The translations under genes and the position numbers were made by a program. Of a stretch of DNA of 64,000 bases, positions 12,823-26,200 are shown in pieces. A model generated the notes under the pieces. It did not search any database and was not told the origin of the DNA. It saw only the letters and a list, made by a program, of their open reading frames with translations. The first letter of the stretch is position 1. Every line of letters starts with the position of its first letter. The DNA is from Klebsormidium nitens (taxonomy: Eukaryota > Plantae > Klebsormidiophyceae). The DNA lies in assembly GCA_000708835.1 (NCBI GenBank), contig DF237412.1, positions 1 through 64,000 on the forward strand, read 5' to 3'.

Positions 12823-15800
12823 TTAGTAGATCGGCGGCAGCATCTTGAATGCGCGCGGCGAGTGACGACGTCCTGGAGAAGGTTTGAGATACGTTTGGTC
12901 AAGGTTGAACGCAAAAATTCGAATGGCCTCATCATTGGCTTCCTGAAAACTTGAGTACTTTGTAGCACGTCTTACGTACAAGAAAGTCAGACGATCGTCG
13001 TGATAACTGCGCCGGATCTGTAAGGAGAGAGGTTCAGTCATCCTCAAATCATGGTAAACCTGTCACCTAGAGTTGAAGAGGACATTTTAAGGAGCTCGAG
13101 AATTCCAAAACTAAATGTCTCCTAAACAAGGGGCGCGAAATGTTGATCCCAAACTGATTTTGAAAGTGAAACTGTGTCTTCTGGCCCTTCCAAGCGTCGA
13201 AACCGAATAGATCTTACATCAAAGGCAGAATTGAGGATAAAGCGAATCTCCAAGCATATCTCCGCTTTCTCTTCAGAGCACTTAGTTGCGACTGACCGTC
13301 ACAGTAACATAGGAGCAGCACCAGAAAGACATCCTTTCGGCTCAGGCACTATATCAACACGGTACAAACTCGAAAGGTGTGAAAAAGCGAAACATGTGTC
13401 CTTCCGGGTGACATCCAGCTAGCAATCTCTTGCAGGAGGCCTCTTGGATCGGAAACAGAAGCGGATTCGCATGAGAAGCCACGGCGGGGCAGCATGTCCT
13501 TCCCATTCCTTTGGATCGGGTAGACTCCAAATATCTGAATAGACGAGTTCGATGATCCCACGTTGTTTCAAAGGATCACTCGTTCTAAGAAAGTCCGAGG
13601 TCGAAATTCAAAGACCTGTCAGTCCATCTGATCATGATCATACTGCCTGATGGAGTTCTGGCCTGTCTTTGACTTTCTTGTACACTTCCGAAGCTTCAAT
13701 AGAAACTCGACTTTCCAATGGTTGAAATCAGAAGTCTATTTCCAGAGGAGACGACGGCTTGGCATGTTGCTTACCAGGATGATGAGCTGGGCGCATTCGC
13801 CCCAGAAGATTGGTCGTAGTTGGCAGGCACCCGCGGGCAGTAGAGGAAGCACGCGAATTTTTCCCGAAGAAAGTTGATGCGTTGATGTTCCGTGAAGATG
13901 ATAAAACGGCAGAGACGAAGGCACCAGCAGGCTGCAAGTAAGGTCTCCATTAACGGCCTGCTCTGTTCGTGAAAACTCAATCATTCTGTGGAAGCTTTTC
14001 TCAGCAACCACGTCAGTCAGCTTCAAAGGTTCAGACCGATGCTATAAGGGCCTGATGAGATCTCAGAAGGAGTTCGGGTTCGAACTCGAGTAGAATTCAG
14101 GAGGGCGTTTGGAAGGATCAAGACTTCATCAGTTGACCTCGAGAATCCTAGTCCCCCGTCTTCTCAGAGGCAACGAGAATCAGAATCGAGCGTATCAATA
14201 CGTGCACCATAAAGAGCACCAAATCGCAAACTGTAACGAAATCTGCCACCTCTTTCCCGGCCCGCTTTTCCAACAATGAGAAGCTTTCGTGAAACAGAAC
14301 TTTGACAGATCCAGATTTCAGCATCTCTTCGTGGTAAGCTCAACGAAGTACGAAATAGTCGGCGCAACAAGATGAGTTTACAATCTCCAGGCTGCAAGAT
14401 GTTTGACTAGCACCTCAAACCAACAATGCCAAGCGATACCGGAGTTCAGATGATTGAGCAAGGTCTTGAAGTCGCATGGGCTGAGATTGCTGACCTTGCA
14501 GAAGGGCTCGCACTGTACCGCAGGCCGTGCGTCGTTCAGTTGTTACACCTCCTTGCAGGGACCAGAAAATGGCAGGCTGCTGACGGAACTAGGCGATTGA
14601 CTGTGGAGGAAGATGATGACCATCAGGGCCTGAAGTAGACGTCAAAAGTCTAGGCTTCAGGAGCTTGCAGAATAACATTAAAGCTCAGGCTGACCGGACG
14701 ATACATGCGCCAGCATGTGCAGGCTCGTCGGAGGTGTTCTTGCCGGCTTTTGCTTAGGATGCTTTGAAGCAAAATCTCTTTGTCTCTTTGCGGAACTCTA
14801 AGCCCATCCCAAATCAGATAAAGGAAAGATGCAAAGATTATTACAGCAGGCCCCCCCTTGACACCTCATCGATCCACACATAGGGGTCGATAGGGCATGT
14901 AATGCACGTTCAAGATTCAAACAACCAACCCCTGAAGCAGGACCAGAGTCTGAATTGCCAACTCTTGCGCAAGCTGCTGCAGTTTGACCAACCGTATACT
15001 TGGCCTATACAGGTGTCCGTTTTTTATTTACTCAAAAGCGAGTCAGGAGTAAGAGAACCGCATCTTGGAGACGGAGGTTACGGAGGAGCGAGTTGCGTTG
15101 ATAGGAAAGGGTTCGACGACACACCAGAACTAGAGGGAGGCCGCGTTGTCGGCAGGCGTGGCTCGTACACTGACGGCTCCAGCAGCAAACAGCAAGCACA
15201 GCGCGAGCAGATAGTGAGGCGACGAGAGCGGAACGCCGTCGGCAAGCAAGGAGATAGTGATGACGTCAGCAGCCTGCACAGAAGGAAGAGCTGATCAGCC
15301 TAGAGCCCGAAACAGTAGTGGGCGGAAGGAACTTCCTTCAAGGAATGCTCAGGAAGGGATGCTCAGGAAAGAAACTGCTCCTTCTTGAGTCGATTGTTAC
15401 AAAGACCTGCCTCTGAGGAAGTTGACAGATGCAGTATGCTTCGTGATGCTCTCCGTATAAATGTCTCCGCTTTGCAGAGCGTAAAAGGACAACAATCTCC
15501 TGGTGGAAGAAAGTGGAACCACATAGGAAAGGAGCATAACTTGTTTACGTCAAAGTTTCTCAATCCTGCAGCAGATTTGGTCGACCTTCAAATCGTCGAT
15601 CACAGCCTCTCAGGAGAAGACGGTTTTTGGGAGGAAAAGCACCACATGGCTCTCAGTCTGAATTCAGCTCGCTGTTTCTCATTCGATTGCCATCCAAAAA
15701 GACCTTAAACCCTGCGTGTGGTTGTCAAAGATGGCCAAAAGGCTCATTCTTACTTGCCCAAAGGCTACTTCTTCACCCGAAGCCCTTCTTCATAACGAGA

Positions 15801-16839
15801 ACACTACAAAGGCACTGCTCAAAGAAACAAAACCCCTTGAAAACCCCTCAGGTCTGCTTTCAATAAGAGCCCTGCCTAGCGTATTCACACTCAAACTTCG
15901 AGCCTTATTCATGACTCTTTGCTTGACCACCAACCACAAGTCCCCAGAGAGGCAACGACGAGGCAATTGCAGAGACGATAAATGAGAGAGCCTCCCCCTG
16001 AAGCAGGAAGATGGCAGAAGCTGCATTGAAACGAGCACGTTTGTTTAGGCACATCAATCAGAGCTTTCAAAGAATCTTACCTGCCTTGTTTCTAGAACTT
16101 GGCCTCCTCAAATCGCACGCAATGCGGAGATGTCTCTCTGATTGTCCTTGCAAGACCAGACTTTCTCCTTCTCAGAAATGTCACGAACTTCTGAGCGCGC
16201 CTTGCCCGCGCCTTGCCAGATGCGTTTATCTCCGTCAAGCCCGTGTGTCCAGAGAGGAGGGATGCGAAGTACAGCCTTGCTTGTCTGAAGAACGCGGTGC
16301 TGCGGAATCATGAATCCAAGGACACTGCTTATTGAGCAAGGCTGATATCTGAGAGGCAATGCTGAACTTGAAAGAGGGCAGCGCTGAACTTGTTGCCAAT
16401 GTTGTTGATGCTGAACGGTCTTTCTATAATCAGGAAGAGGAGGCTGCAGCTGGTTTTGATCAAGGATGCCGTCCTTGCATGGATCAAGCAGCAGCCGCAA
16501 ATTGAGAAGCAATCAGGAGTTGCTCAGAACGATATACCAGAGTCTCGTTTGCTCTGCATGAGGTTGCCGCAGAGGAACCTTTGAATCTGGCTTCTCAACT
16601 AGCCGTTTCTCAAGGCGCGCAATCAGGGATCTAATGGCTCTGATCGCATTCGCTAAGGCTAGCCGTTGGCGGATTGCTTCATGCTTCAAGACAGATGCGA
16701 GACAAGCAACGCGGTCAACGCCTCGGAATATGCGGCAGCCGACATTGCATGGAGTGTACAGAGACGGCTTGAAAAGATCTTCGTCCATCTTCGCCCCAGA
16801 AATGCTGCCAGGCGGGCGCGTACGGCATGCAGAAGGCAT
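12823..16839 (-). CDS. Possible multi-exon gene or decayed gene, unknown product
   Basis: Protein-like segments on the - strand (MDEDLFKPSLY...RQRLALANAIRAIRSLIARLEKRLV; EMLKSGSVKVLFHESFSLLEKRAGKEVADFVT; IWSLPDPKEWEGHAAPPWLL) and a 60-nt GTAAGA...TGCAG intron near 16080-16020. In-frame stops are present and no family was recognised. Confidence 0.3.
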
Positions 16840-17727
16840 GTGCCGCCCTCACGTAGCATGCAAGATGAGTCCTCTGGAAGTTGACATGTGAGGACATGCT
16901 TTGTCACTGTGCGTGAGTACGTCCGGCCACAGCGAGTGATCAGAGACGATCATGCGTGATATTCCGGACTGTGACTTACATATGTAACACGTCAATTCGG
17001 AGGACGTTTGCTCGGTGACCATGCCACTGGCAGGGTGACGAACCAGGCTCCATATAGCTCCATGCAGGTTGCCGGGCCAGGCGGCCCGGCAGCTCCGTCA
17101 ATTGTCCGGAGCCCGATCGACTCTTGATTCAAACGCATGACGTACTAGTACGTCTGCACTTCCCCGTGCAGGACTTTCTGTACCAAATCACCTACTGTAT
17201 TACATGGTTTTCAAAAGAGTCCATAGACTCTGTAGTCTCCGGACCTCCATAGTACAAGTCCAGATCGATCTTGACTAATTCCCTGCCAGCAGCCGGCTGG
17301 TATTACCGGGGTATTATCCTGGTGTCATGGTGTCAACGGTGCAAATTAGATAAATAAATGGGCTTCTGACGGACCTATTCTGAAGAATTATTACCTTCAG
17401 CTAGTGAAGCTAGCTGAGCGCGGGCTCATGCAGTGGTCTGATTGCCAAAGCGTCCCGTGACCAGGAAAGCTAGGTAGCGAAATAACCGTCAATTTATCAT
17501 TCTACCCCGCGCGCGCTTCATTGAGCATTTGCACCGTCCGATCAGCGCCTCTAGCGGACCATCCACGGACAACTCTTCGGGCCCACATTGATGTCAGCTT
17601 GCTACATCTAGATTCTAGGTCCTAGCTAAGGTTTGCCAGCAGATGCGCATGAATGCTCAGGCGGTGAGGGTGCAGTGAGCTCTGCAGCCTGGAGTATTCT
17701 CTTCTCGCCTGTCTTTGAAGATACAAG

Positions 17728-20700
17728 ATGGCCCGCGGGGGAGCTGGCAAGCGGCCCCACTCTCCCGAGAGCGACGGGGAGGGGGCAGCTGGGCGCCCAA
17801 GCGCAGCGTCTGCTTTCCCTGAAGAAGGCGTGTTTCCCGTCAGCGACCCTGCATTTCCGAAGAACCCCTTTATTGAGAGCCTTGAGCTGGATGATGAGAG
17901 CGATGACGGAGAGGACCTGGATAATTCATTTGCAGCAATCGCCCCCCATGTCGATATCATGTTCGACCCTCCCGCCAGGCGGCCAGCTATCGGCGTCAAT
18001 CCCACTAATCGAGGCAATGCATCACCGATTACCGAGTCTGAGACTGAATCGGTGGGCGGCCAGGCAAGCACCGCTTGGAGCGGCGTAAAGGGTCCGATGC
18101 AAACAGATTTCGTAAGCGGCGGAGTGGGAGGGTTCGACGGGGGCGGACTTGCGTCGGGCGGCTCCAGGGGTCCTGTGACGACAGTGAATGATAAAGGAGT
18201 GCTGGTGATCAGGCAGAGCAGTGATGCAGGTACGCTGAACAGGGCTCCCGATTGCTCCCCTCTTCTCTAACAGTGGTTTGGGTGCGCTCTTGCAGCTTTG
18301 GCGTCAATCGAAAGTGCATTCCTCATATGCTTGTTGACGATGTAAGATCGGGCTTGCATTTTGAATCTATTCTCTTGGCTAGACCAATGACCGGGCTCAC
18401 ATTCGACAATGTTGCTGCTTCTGCACACACATCAGTTTCTCTCAGACGAGTCTACCGGAGCCAGTCAACCTTGTTGAAAGTCTCGAACGTGATGGATTGC
18501 TTGAAGGCTTTTGAACACGATGCCAAACATCAAGGTATGTCAAGTGTTTGTTAGAGACCTCAGGTTTCACCGGGAGCTTCGGTAAGCAATGTCGACCTTG
18601 CATGTTCACATTCATTGATCGAGTCACTGAATCTGATAGATCTCCCAGCTTGCTGCTCAGAGCAATCTCATGCAAGAAGGCCATCAAACGGGGATTGACG
18701 AGACTCTCCCTGACTTCTGCGACAGTTGTTTGCTTGACTGCTGAACCGCTTTAAGCAAAGTTTGTTCACGCATCCTAAAAAGAGAGTAATATTGAGCACC
18801 ACACCTGTGACTCATCTAGAACTCCTTCCTTCTCCCCTTTCAAAGAAAGTGCAGGGCTTTGCGCAGCTACTCTCACAGGACTCTTTGTTTGCTAATGCTA
18901 CTGGGCTATAAAGCAAGGTGCCACCGCCAGGCTCCATAGCGACCACAATTGTCATGCAGAGACCTGTAGCGAAGTCCCCCCAAAAGCGACCCTATGTGCC
19001 CCTATCCGAGGCAGGGAAGCAGGACGTTTAGAGCAAGGAAAGTTCTGAGCTGTTCACAGTTGAGCTTGTTCTGAGACTGCAACACGCATCTTCATGCAGG
19101 CAATGCTAGCGCCTCTCCTGCGGTAGGCGGTTTCCCGCAGCTCACAAAGGTGCGGACGAGGTGAGCCCTATGCAACCATGACTGTCTTTGCATTCACATG
19201 TGCAGAAGGTGCCAACTTTGGTGACGGGGGCAATGTATTGCAAGTTAATGAGGGGTCTACATGCGACCTCTGCAATCAAAGTCTAATAGAGGGAGTCTGT
19301 TTTCTGATCAGAGTTGGTTGAAGTATCCGAAGTTCCTGTTCTCTTGCACAGGTTGGTTACTGACCTAGCTGACCACTCATTTGACTCACAACATGGTTGA
19401 GAGAAAAGAGTCGCTGCTATCCAGTTGGCAAAAGCTGGTTCTGCTGACAAAGTTGACGCTTTTGCTTGAGCAGTCCCAGAAGGATTTGCCGTCAGCGTTT
19501 GCATTACAGATAACCTAGCGTTACTCCCTTTGAAAGTTCGCTCTTGTATCTTCAGGTTAACTGAGCTCCGGAGCGATAGAATGGGAAAAGCTTCAGATCT
19601 AAATAAGAAACACTGATTGCTAATGCCTATGTTCAGGCGAGAAGAAGGCCAGCCCCTTGCACGTGGGGTAAGCGACGCCGCCCGGGGTAGCAACCAATCA
19701 ACGCCTGCTGTTGGGGCCGAGGGCATCTCCCCCACAAGCATGCAGTTTGCACCCGAGGCAGCAGACAAGTACAGAACGCCAAGGGAGGTAAGGGAACAGC
19801 CAAGGATGAAGTGATTCGGACTGTTTGATCTCTGTAGCTGGTTGGGATTTAGAGGGCTCGTAGAAGTCTTGGACGGCTCCTAAAGACTCGTTCACTGAAT
19901 CAACACTTGAATACATGGAACCCCAATGAAACTTCTACCATCCCTCCACCGCTCAGCTTCTCTGGTCAAAAGACGAGGTCTGTGGCTCATGATCGGCCTA
20001 CTTTCCGGCTCTATTTTATCAGTCCCCTCTGAGCAGCGGAAGGCTAGGAGGACGGAAGTGTGACTGTTCTTGAAGCACCAGATATATCCCGAGGAATACT
20101 TCAAAGCAGAGGTGAAAATGCGCGGAAGGAACATGTCGCATCCCGCAGGTACCCGAGGCTGTCTTCTCGCCAGTCGCGTCTGAGCTGCGGGAGGCTCAGG
20201 AAGACCGAATTACCGAGACCCCACACAGTTTGCTGTCTCCCGAAGGCCAGAGACTCGCGGCTGCATGGAGCGCTCAGGCGATCAGGGAAGGGGGGGCACA
20301 AGCGGCTGCGCCATGGTCTAGCATCTCCAATAGGTGAGGGGCTGCTGTACACGAAGAGTTATTAAAGCTGGATTGGGTAGAAAGAATGTCTGAGCGCATT
20401 GTCTGAGAGGGTCTGCGATTCGTCGGTGTTGCTGCCTTCTAACCGGAAGTGTCTGGTCTTTGAAACGGCGAGTGACTTAATGGCAGATGCGCCTGTCAGG
20501 TTTCAACTTGTAGCGACCTTAACCATCTTTTACCGTCCTTGCGCCTCTGAGGATGTTCCGAGCTCGCTCTTCTAGGACTCTTCACATTTGCAGGTCAACC
20601 GGAGAGTCCACGTCGAGCTTCAGAACCATCAGAATCTTGAAACTTCGTCGCAGCTCAATGGCCAGCCGTCTTGTGATGGACAAGGCCCGCACCAATGTTT

Positions 20701-22560
20701 GGTCGATGGCTGCTATAAGGAGTCTTCCAGACGTCTTTTTCTCGACAGATCAGACTATTGAAAGCTCTGATCGTCAGAAGCCTCAAGACGCGACAGATCG
20801 GGAACCCCGACTACTTTTGCCCGTGCAGTTCTCTGGTCAGCCGGCCAGTCCCTGAAGACGTCGGCACCGTTCTCTGCTACATCGTTCGCGAGAAAGACTC
20901 CTTATACCGCCTCTACACCCAGCAGGGCACGGGTCGGCCCGACCGGCTTCTCCTCATTGCGCGAGAACACAAACGCGCGGGCAAAACCGACTTTACCATC
21001 GCGTCCACATTGGCCGGCATAAAGAGCCGGGAACCGGAAGACGGGTTTGTGGGTACGGTTCAGGGGAACGTTATGGGAACCCGGTTTGCGTTGACCGGGG
21101 CTGGGGTTAGAGAGGATGAGACAGGGACGGTAGAAGAAAAGAGGCTGCTAGCGGTGACGAACTTCCAGGGGTCAGCGAAGAAGCTGAGTGGGGACTATCG
21201 GCGGATGACGGTTACGGTGCCGAAACCCGTGGTGGTTACTGCCAGCGACACATCTGCGGAGGCTCCGGTAAGTGCTTGTTTGGCATTGGCGAGCCTTATT
21301 TCACGGGTTTCCTTGTAGGATCATGTTTTCCAGTGTGGCAACAAATCTGAAGCTGAAGATTGCATGGTCCAGCTGCGCTGTGGATCTCTGTTACTCCATG
21401 GCGTCTAGTTCAAGTTGTCCGTTTGGCAAGGTTAGGGAAACCACTTCAGTCAGTAGACACAGCTTGGGTGGTTTGGAGCACGGAACGAGGAATCAGCGAC
21501 TGAGAAATGAATCAAGCTCCTCGGAGATTGCCGTCACCTTTTGCATAAGAACCTGGTCAGCTGGGCGCGATGGAAGCTTATAAATGTTGCGCGTGAAGTT
21601 AGTTGTACGTTAAGGGTATCTTTCAGGGTAGCCCATACGACTAACGCGGCGTCCTTGAAGTTGCGCATTTGCATCAATGTCGTCTCAAATCTGGACATGT
21701 TGAAATCTTGATTGGTTTAGTTTCCAGATTCATTCTTTGGTAACCGCTACTTGTCCCCTCGCTTTCTCCTGAGCTTCTGTACTTCAGGAGAGCATCTCGC
21801 CCTCCCTAATACGGCGGCCTTTCAAAAGTGGGGGCCTTCAAAATCTGCTTTTCGACTCTTAAAACATCATGCTAAGTCCGTTGTGCGATTCTCTAACCAG
21901 GATGTCATCCACTTTTTTTCAGGTGGGCTCCCTCGCCCTACCCGACACGTGGGATGCGAAAGACGGCGTTGCCCAGACCGCCGTGCTGAACACCAAAGTC
22001 CCGTACGTGCGGCGCGTGAACGGCGTGACGCAGCATTACCTCCCGTACCACGGGCGGTGCCGGCTGCCGTCCGTCAAAAACTTCCAGCTCGTGTACGAAG
22101 ACGACCAGGAGCATGTGGTGCTTATGTTTGGCAAGGACAGCAAGCACACCTACTGCATGGACTACAGGTGGGGCGACGACTTCGATTTATGCGCCAGTCT
22201 CTCGCTGTCGTAGTGGTCAGCAGATTGCTTGCATCGCCCAGTTCGTGGTTCGGGCTCGCAAGGAAAAGCACAGATTCTGACTATTGCTGATCATCCGGGA
22301 TCTCCTGATGACTCACTCAAAAGGTGTATTGCGAGCATGAGTGGCTACTGTCTCCGATCTCTTTGGCCAGGGGAGATGCGTCGTCTGTGTTTCGATCTTG
22401 CAAAGCACTTTTGGACTTTGCAAGTTCCTTTCCATTCCATATATTGCGTGAAGTTGCTCTGATCCTCTTTGCGACCTCCTGCAGTTGGCCGCTTTGCGCG
22501 CATCAGGCGTTTGGGATCAGCCTTGCCTCCATCGCGACCAAGTTGTGCTACGCAATCTGA
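17728..22560 (+). CDS. Tubby-domain protein (TULP/TLP family) with a long acidic low-complexity N-terminus and no evident F-box
   Basis: Phase-consistent exons 17728-18229, 19100-19160, 19637-19787, 20149-20333, 20829(or 20841)-21267, 21923-22167 and 22485-22560. Tubby hallmarks: TVLCYIVREK, GNVMGTRF, GRCRLPSVKNFQLV, VLMFGK, MDYSWPLCAHQAFGISLASIATKL. Confidence 0.92.
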
Positions 22561-23239
22561 CCGGGACTGTTGCATTGACTGATGGCACGGTGTCTACATG
22601 GAGCCGGGCACACACACTTGAAGACTGTTTACTGACCTTGTACTTCACTTCGTTTAAAAAGCCATTTGTAATACAGTGGCCACAATGTCTCTCTGTAGGC
22701 AAAGAGAGCGATGGGTAGCAAGGGGTTTACCAAAAAATGTTTATGATTGAAGCTGTTGAAAGCTTCAATTCATACAGCCGTCGCGTCTCTTCATGGACCG
22801 TCTCAGTGGTCTTGTCAAAGTATAATAGCATGTCTGTATTTCTGTCGCCGCATGGGAACCTGGTTGATTCTTCTGGTCTGTCACGAACTTTGGAGACTTG
22901 ATCGCATTTGTCCGATCAACGTATGCAAATTATATCCCCCAACTTAGTATTGCCCCAAGTTTTACGCTGATGCTAATGATGCATATATGGAGGGTTTTTT
23001 GCTAGCTTTTGTTAGATTAGCAAAATCTTACGTTAAGATGGGCCGGTCTCGCCGGACCCGGAGTCGAGACGGTCGACTCCAATTCGACTCCCGTGGATTG
23101 CATTCAATATGTCAAATCGTTTGTCGAATCAATATCGTCAAATTGCCCTAGTGAGATCGGATCTCAAGGTTTGACTGATGCATGTGAATTCCGTGTAACA
23201 AGGTGATTTGAGGCCGGTTAGTATACATGCCTGTCAGAG

Positions 23240-26200
23240 TTAGTACGCGCCAATCGGCGCTTGTAGCAGATTTTGCTTCGGGACGTACGGTCGATCTCTG
23301 AGTCGGTAACCAATGAGTTCTAGCTTCAGCCATGCATCAGTGTAGAGGGGCAGCGTACGATGGTCACCCCGCGGGTACGCGTAAGTATACTCAGGCCACT
23401 TTCGAATTACGGAGTGCCCATGAAGAGGATCGACGTTTATATTGTCAAAGCATGAACTATTCTGGTCGTATAGATAGTAGCAACGTTGTTGACAAAACGG
23501 CGAATCTGACCCTCCCCTAACTCGGAGGGCGCAGAAGGTCAGAGTCATGTCGGTTGGGTCTGGTTTGAAAGTTCGTTTGCCGGAGTAGAGCTCAAACAAG
23601 CCGTAAGTACGTAGGTTCAACGACGATGTACACAATCCCAGCAAAACTTGGGGAGTTTCGGCACATAGTGTCAAACTTTCGTGCTCAGCCCCTGCTTAGA
23701 TCTTGTATTTCCTCTCGATCCTGATCCGGGGTTTTCCTTTTCAGTACTTGTCCGATCTATATGATGGAAAGGTTTTGTGTTGATCTTCGCGCTCCTCTCC
23801 CATGTCCTCGTTTGTTGACTCATTGAATGAGTCGGTCAGGCTTTGCCGTCCTTTCGCGACAGTAAACGTTGCCCCCTACGCAGTGACGTCCGATATGTAT
23901 GTCAGCAGCTGCGAGACGAAAGGATCCTTCCACATTCCTTTTTTTCTGCTCAATTCATTTTGCACTCTCGTCGTAATCTCTCCAATCAACCTGAACAGCG
24001 CTTTCTAACTAAGCATATCATGCTGACAAGAGGATCACCTGTTGAGTTCTGACCACGATTCAAAAGTCGACTACATGAGTCTCGAACTTTGTTTCCTCTC
24101 GTTCGCGCCTTTCCAAATGCGATCCAGCCCTTTCTCTAACCTTCTGTTGATTTGCAGATCACCGAAATAGTCTTGGCCTCTAAACACGACACGAGCCTGT
24201 ACGGCTCTGACCAGGGGCTCGAGATGGCGCAGAGCGTCCTGCATGTTCACGCTGCCGGTCAACGTGAACCCAGGACGTGCTTGTTGCAAGGCGTACAAGC
24301 CGGCGACGAAATTGATGAAATACTTTGAAGGCTTTCTTCGACGACGAGGCCGGCTCAAAACTGCAGCAAGCATGGCGCTTCCCCAACGCTGAAGATACTG
24401 GTCTCGTTACGACCCCATCTGTTAAGTCAGACGAACGAGTACGTTCAGACCTGAGCCCTTTACTCCGGCAATAACTTTTCGGCAGGCGCGGCTGATTGCG
24501 TTCAAGAGCGGAGTTTGCCACGTAGAACTTGGCTCGATCCGCTCCGTTGATTGCTACGATTGCATGCATCTGACGTCAGATACTACTAGCTGGAGTTTTT
24601 ACGATAAGAGCTGTGCTCAAAGGAGCGCCTCGGATGTAACCTAGAACTGAACACACGGTGTGAGCGCCATAAAGACAGCATGTATTCACCAGCGCAGTAA
24701 AATTCGAAACCCCTCAGCTTGTGGTGCTCTCTTTCGGGTACACGTTCTTCGAGCCCGCGGACACTGATCAATAGCGAACATGACCTTTTCATGGCCTTCG
24801 AGGAGAGCGTGAACCCTCGCAGGTGAGATTGCTGTCTGAAACATTGCTCAGATGATGCAGACAGACGCATTTCTTGCCTGGGTTTGCTGGCCCGACAGCA
24901 TACGCGGCCGGCCGCGTCGATCAAAAAGGGGCGGGCTGGGCCGGGCCGGGGCGGCCCGACCGCCCGGGCGGCCGCGCGGCGCGTTGCCCCTCTGTCGGAT
25001 CACCGTCATGCGCATGTACACGCACGGGCTTTTAAGAGAAGTGTCCATGACGCGGCCGCCGCAACCGGCTGCTAAACCTCTGCCGACGGCACTGAAAGAG
25101 CGCGCCAGCAATCTTTTGAAGCCAAAAAAGGGCTTCCGTCAATTCTGCATTTCTGAATTCGCCTGTCTTAGGCACTACTGAAAGCATCTCCTGTTTCTCT
25201 TCCACATTAACGGTTAAGGAAGGAGATCCTGCAAAGCCCTCTGTATGCAAGAAGGAGGTTTCTTCCCTCAGCAGGCTTGAATGAGAACAAACTAGTTCTA
25301 TCTGGCCAGTGCGTGCAGGCAATTCAACGTAAGGCAGCTGCTAAGGTAAGCCGTCAGTAGACAAGCCTTAGAGGATTTCAAATCTGCTTGTCTCCGGATA
25401 AATAATCGTGTGTGATACGTGCCACATCTGGCATTCCTTCTTCACGAACAGAAATTTCAAATTTGAGGACAGAAGCGTAGTAGATAGAGCGGCTCCTGTC
25501 AGAGATACCAGGCCACAATCCCATTTGGAGACATGTGCATTGCTTTCAACATGCTGGTCGATCGCCGTGTTCCGTGCTCCGTTTTCTGTACGTTCCGAGC
25601 AAAGAGACTTCTACCCCAGAGTGAATTGCAGGTTATACTTGCTGAAAGGCTCGAACATCCTGTTAAAAGCAGATGAAGGAGGCACAATGACGATGCAGCC
25701 TTCGTAGAGCTTTGTATGCCAAGTCTCAGCACACGTTCACTGGTCAGGGCAATCTAAGCAATGGAGATGATCGAGAACAGAGCCTTGGATGAATGATGAT
25801 CCTCTTTCCAAGAAAATGGCCAAACACAGACTGCTCGGAAGCATGAAGCACGTCAACAACCTGGCAACCAGAAGAAGTTCAGGTCTGCAGAAGAAAGCCC
25901 TAACCTTTTGAATCCATATATGTTAAATCCCCTTCCTCTTGATGCAGGTGTTGAAAATGACATCTGAACTGTCCTCCAGCAATATGCAATCCTAAGCAAG
26001 AAAGAGAGAATCTTCAGCAAAGCGAGAAAGGAGCACCTGGCACCATTTTGTGAGCCTGCACTTTCGGTGAGAGCGGCTGCGAAGACATTTTCGTCCGGAA
26101 TAAATTTCAGTTGCGGGTTCTTTGGATTGTTAATCTAAGCAAGTCTCGTCAACTGTGGCTTCAATCATGAACGCACAACCTTGTACTTTTCTGCAGAAGT

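Noticed and set aside
15790-16839. Selenocysteine or stop-codon readthrough at the in-frame TGA codons (16513, 16108)
   Set aside because: No selenoprotein-like context or SECIS was seen. Introns or decay explain the stops more simply.
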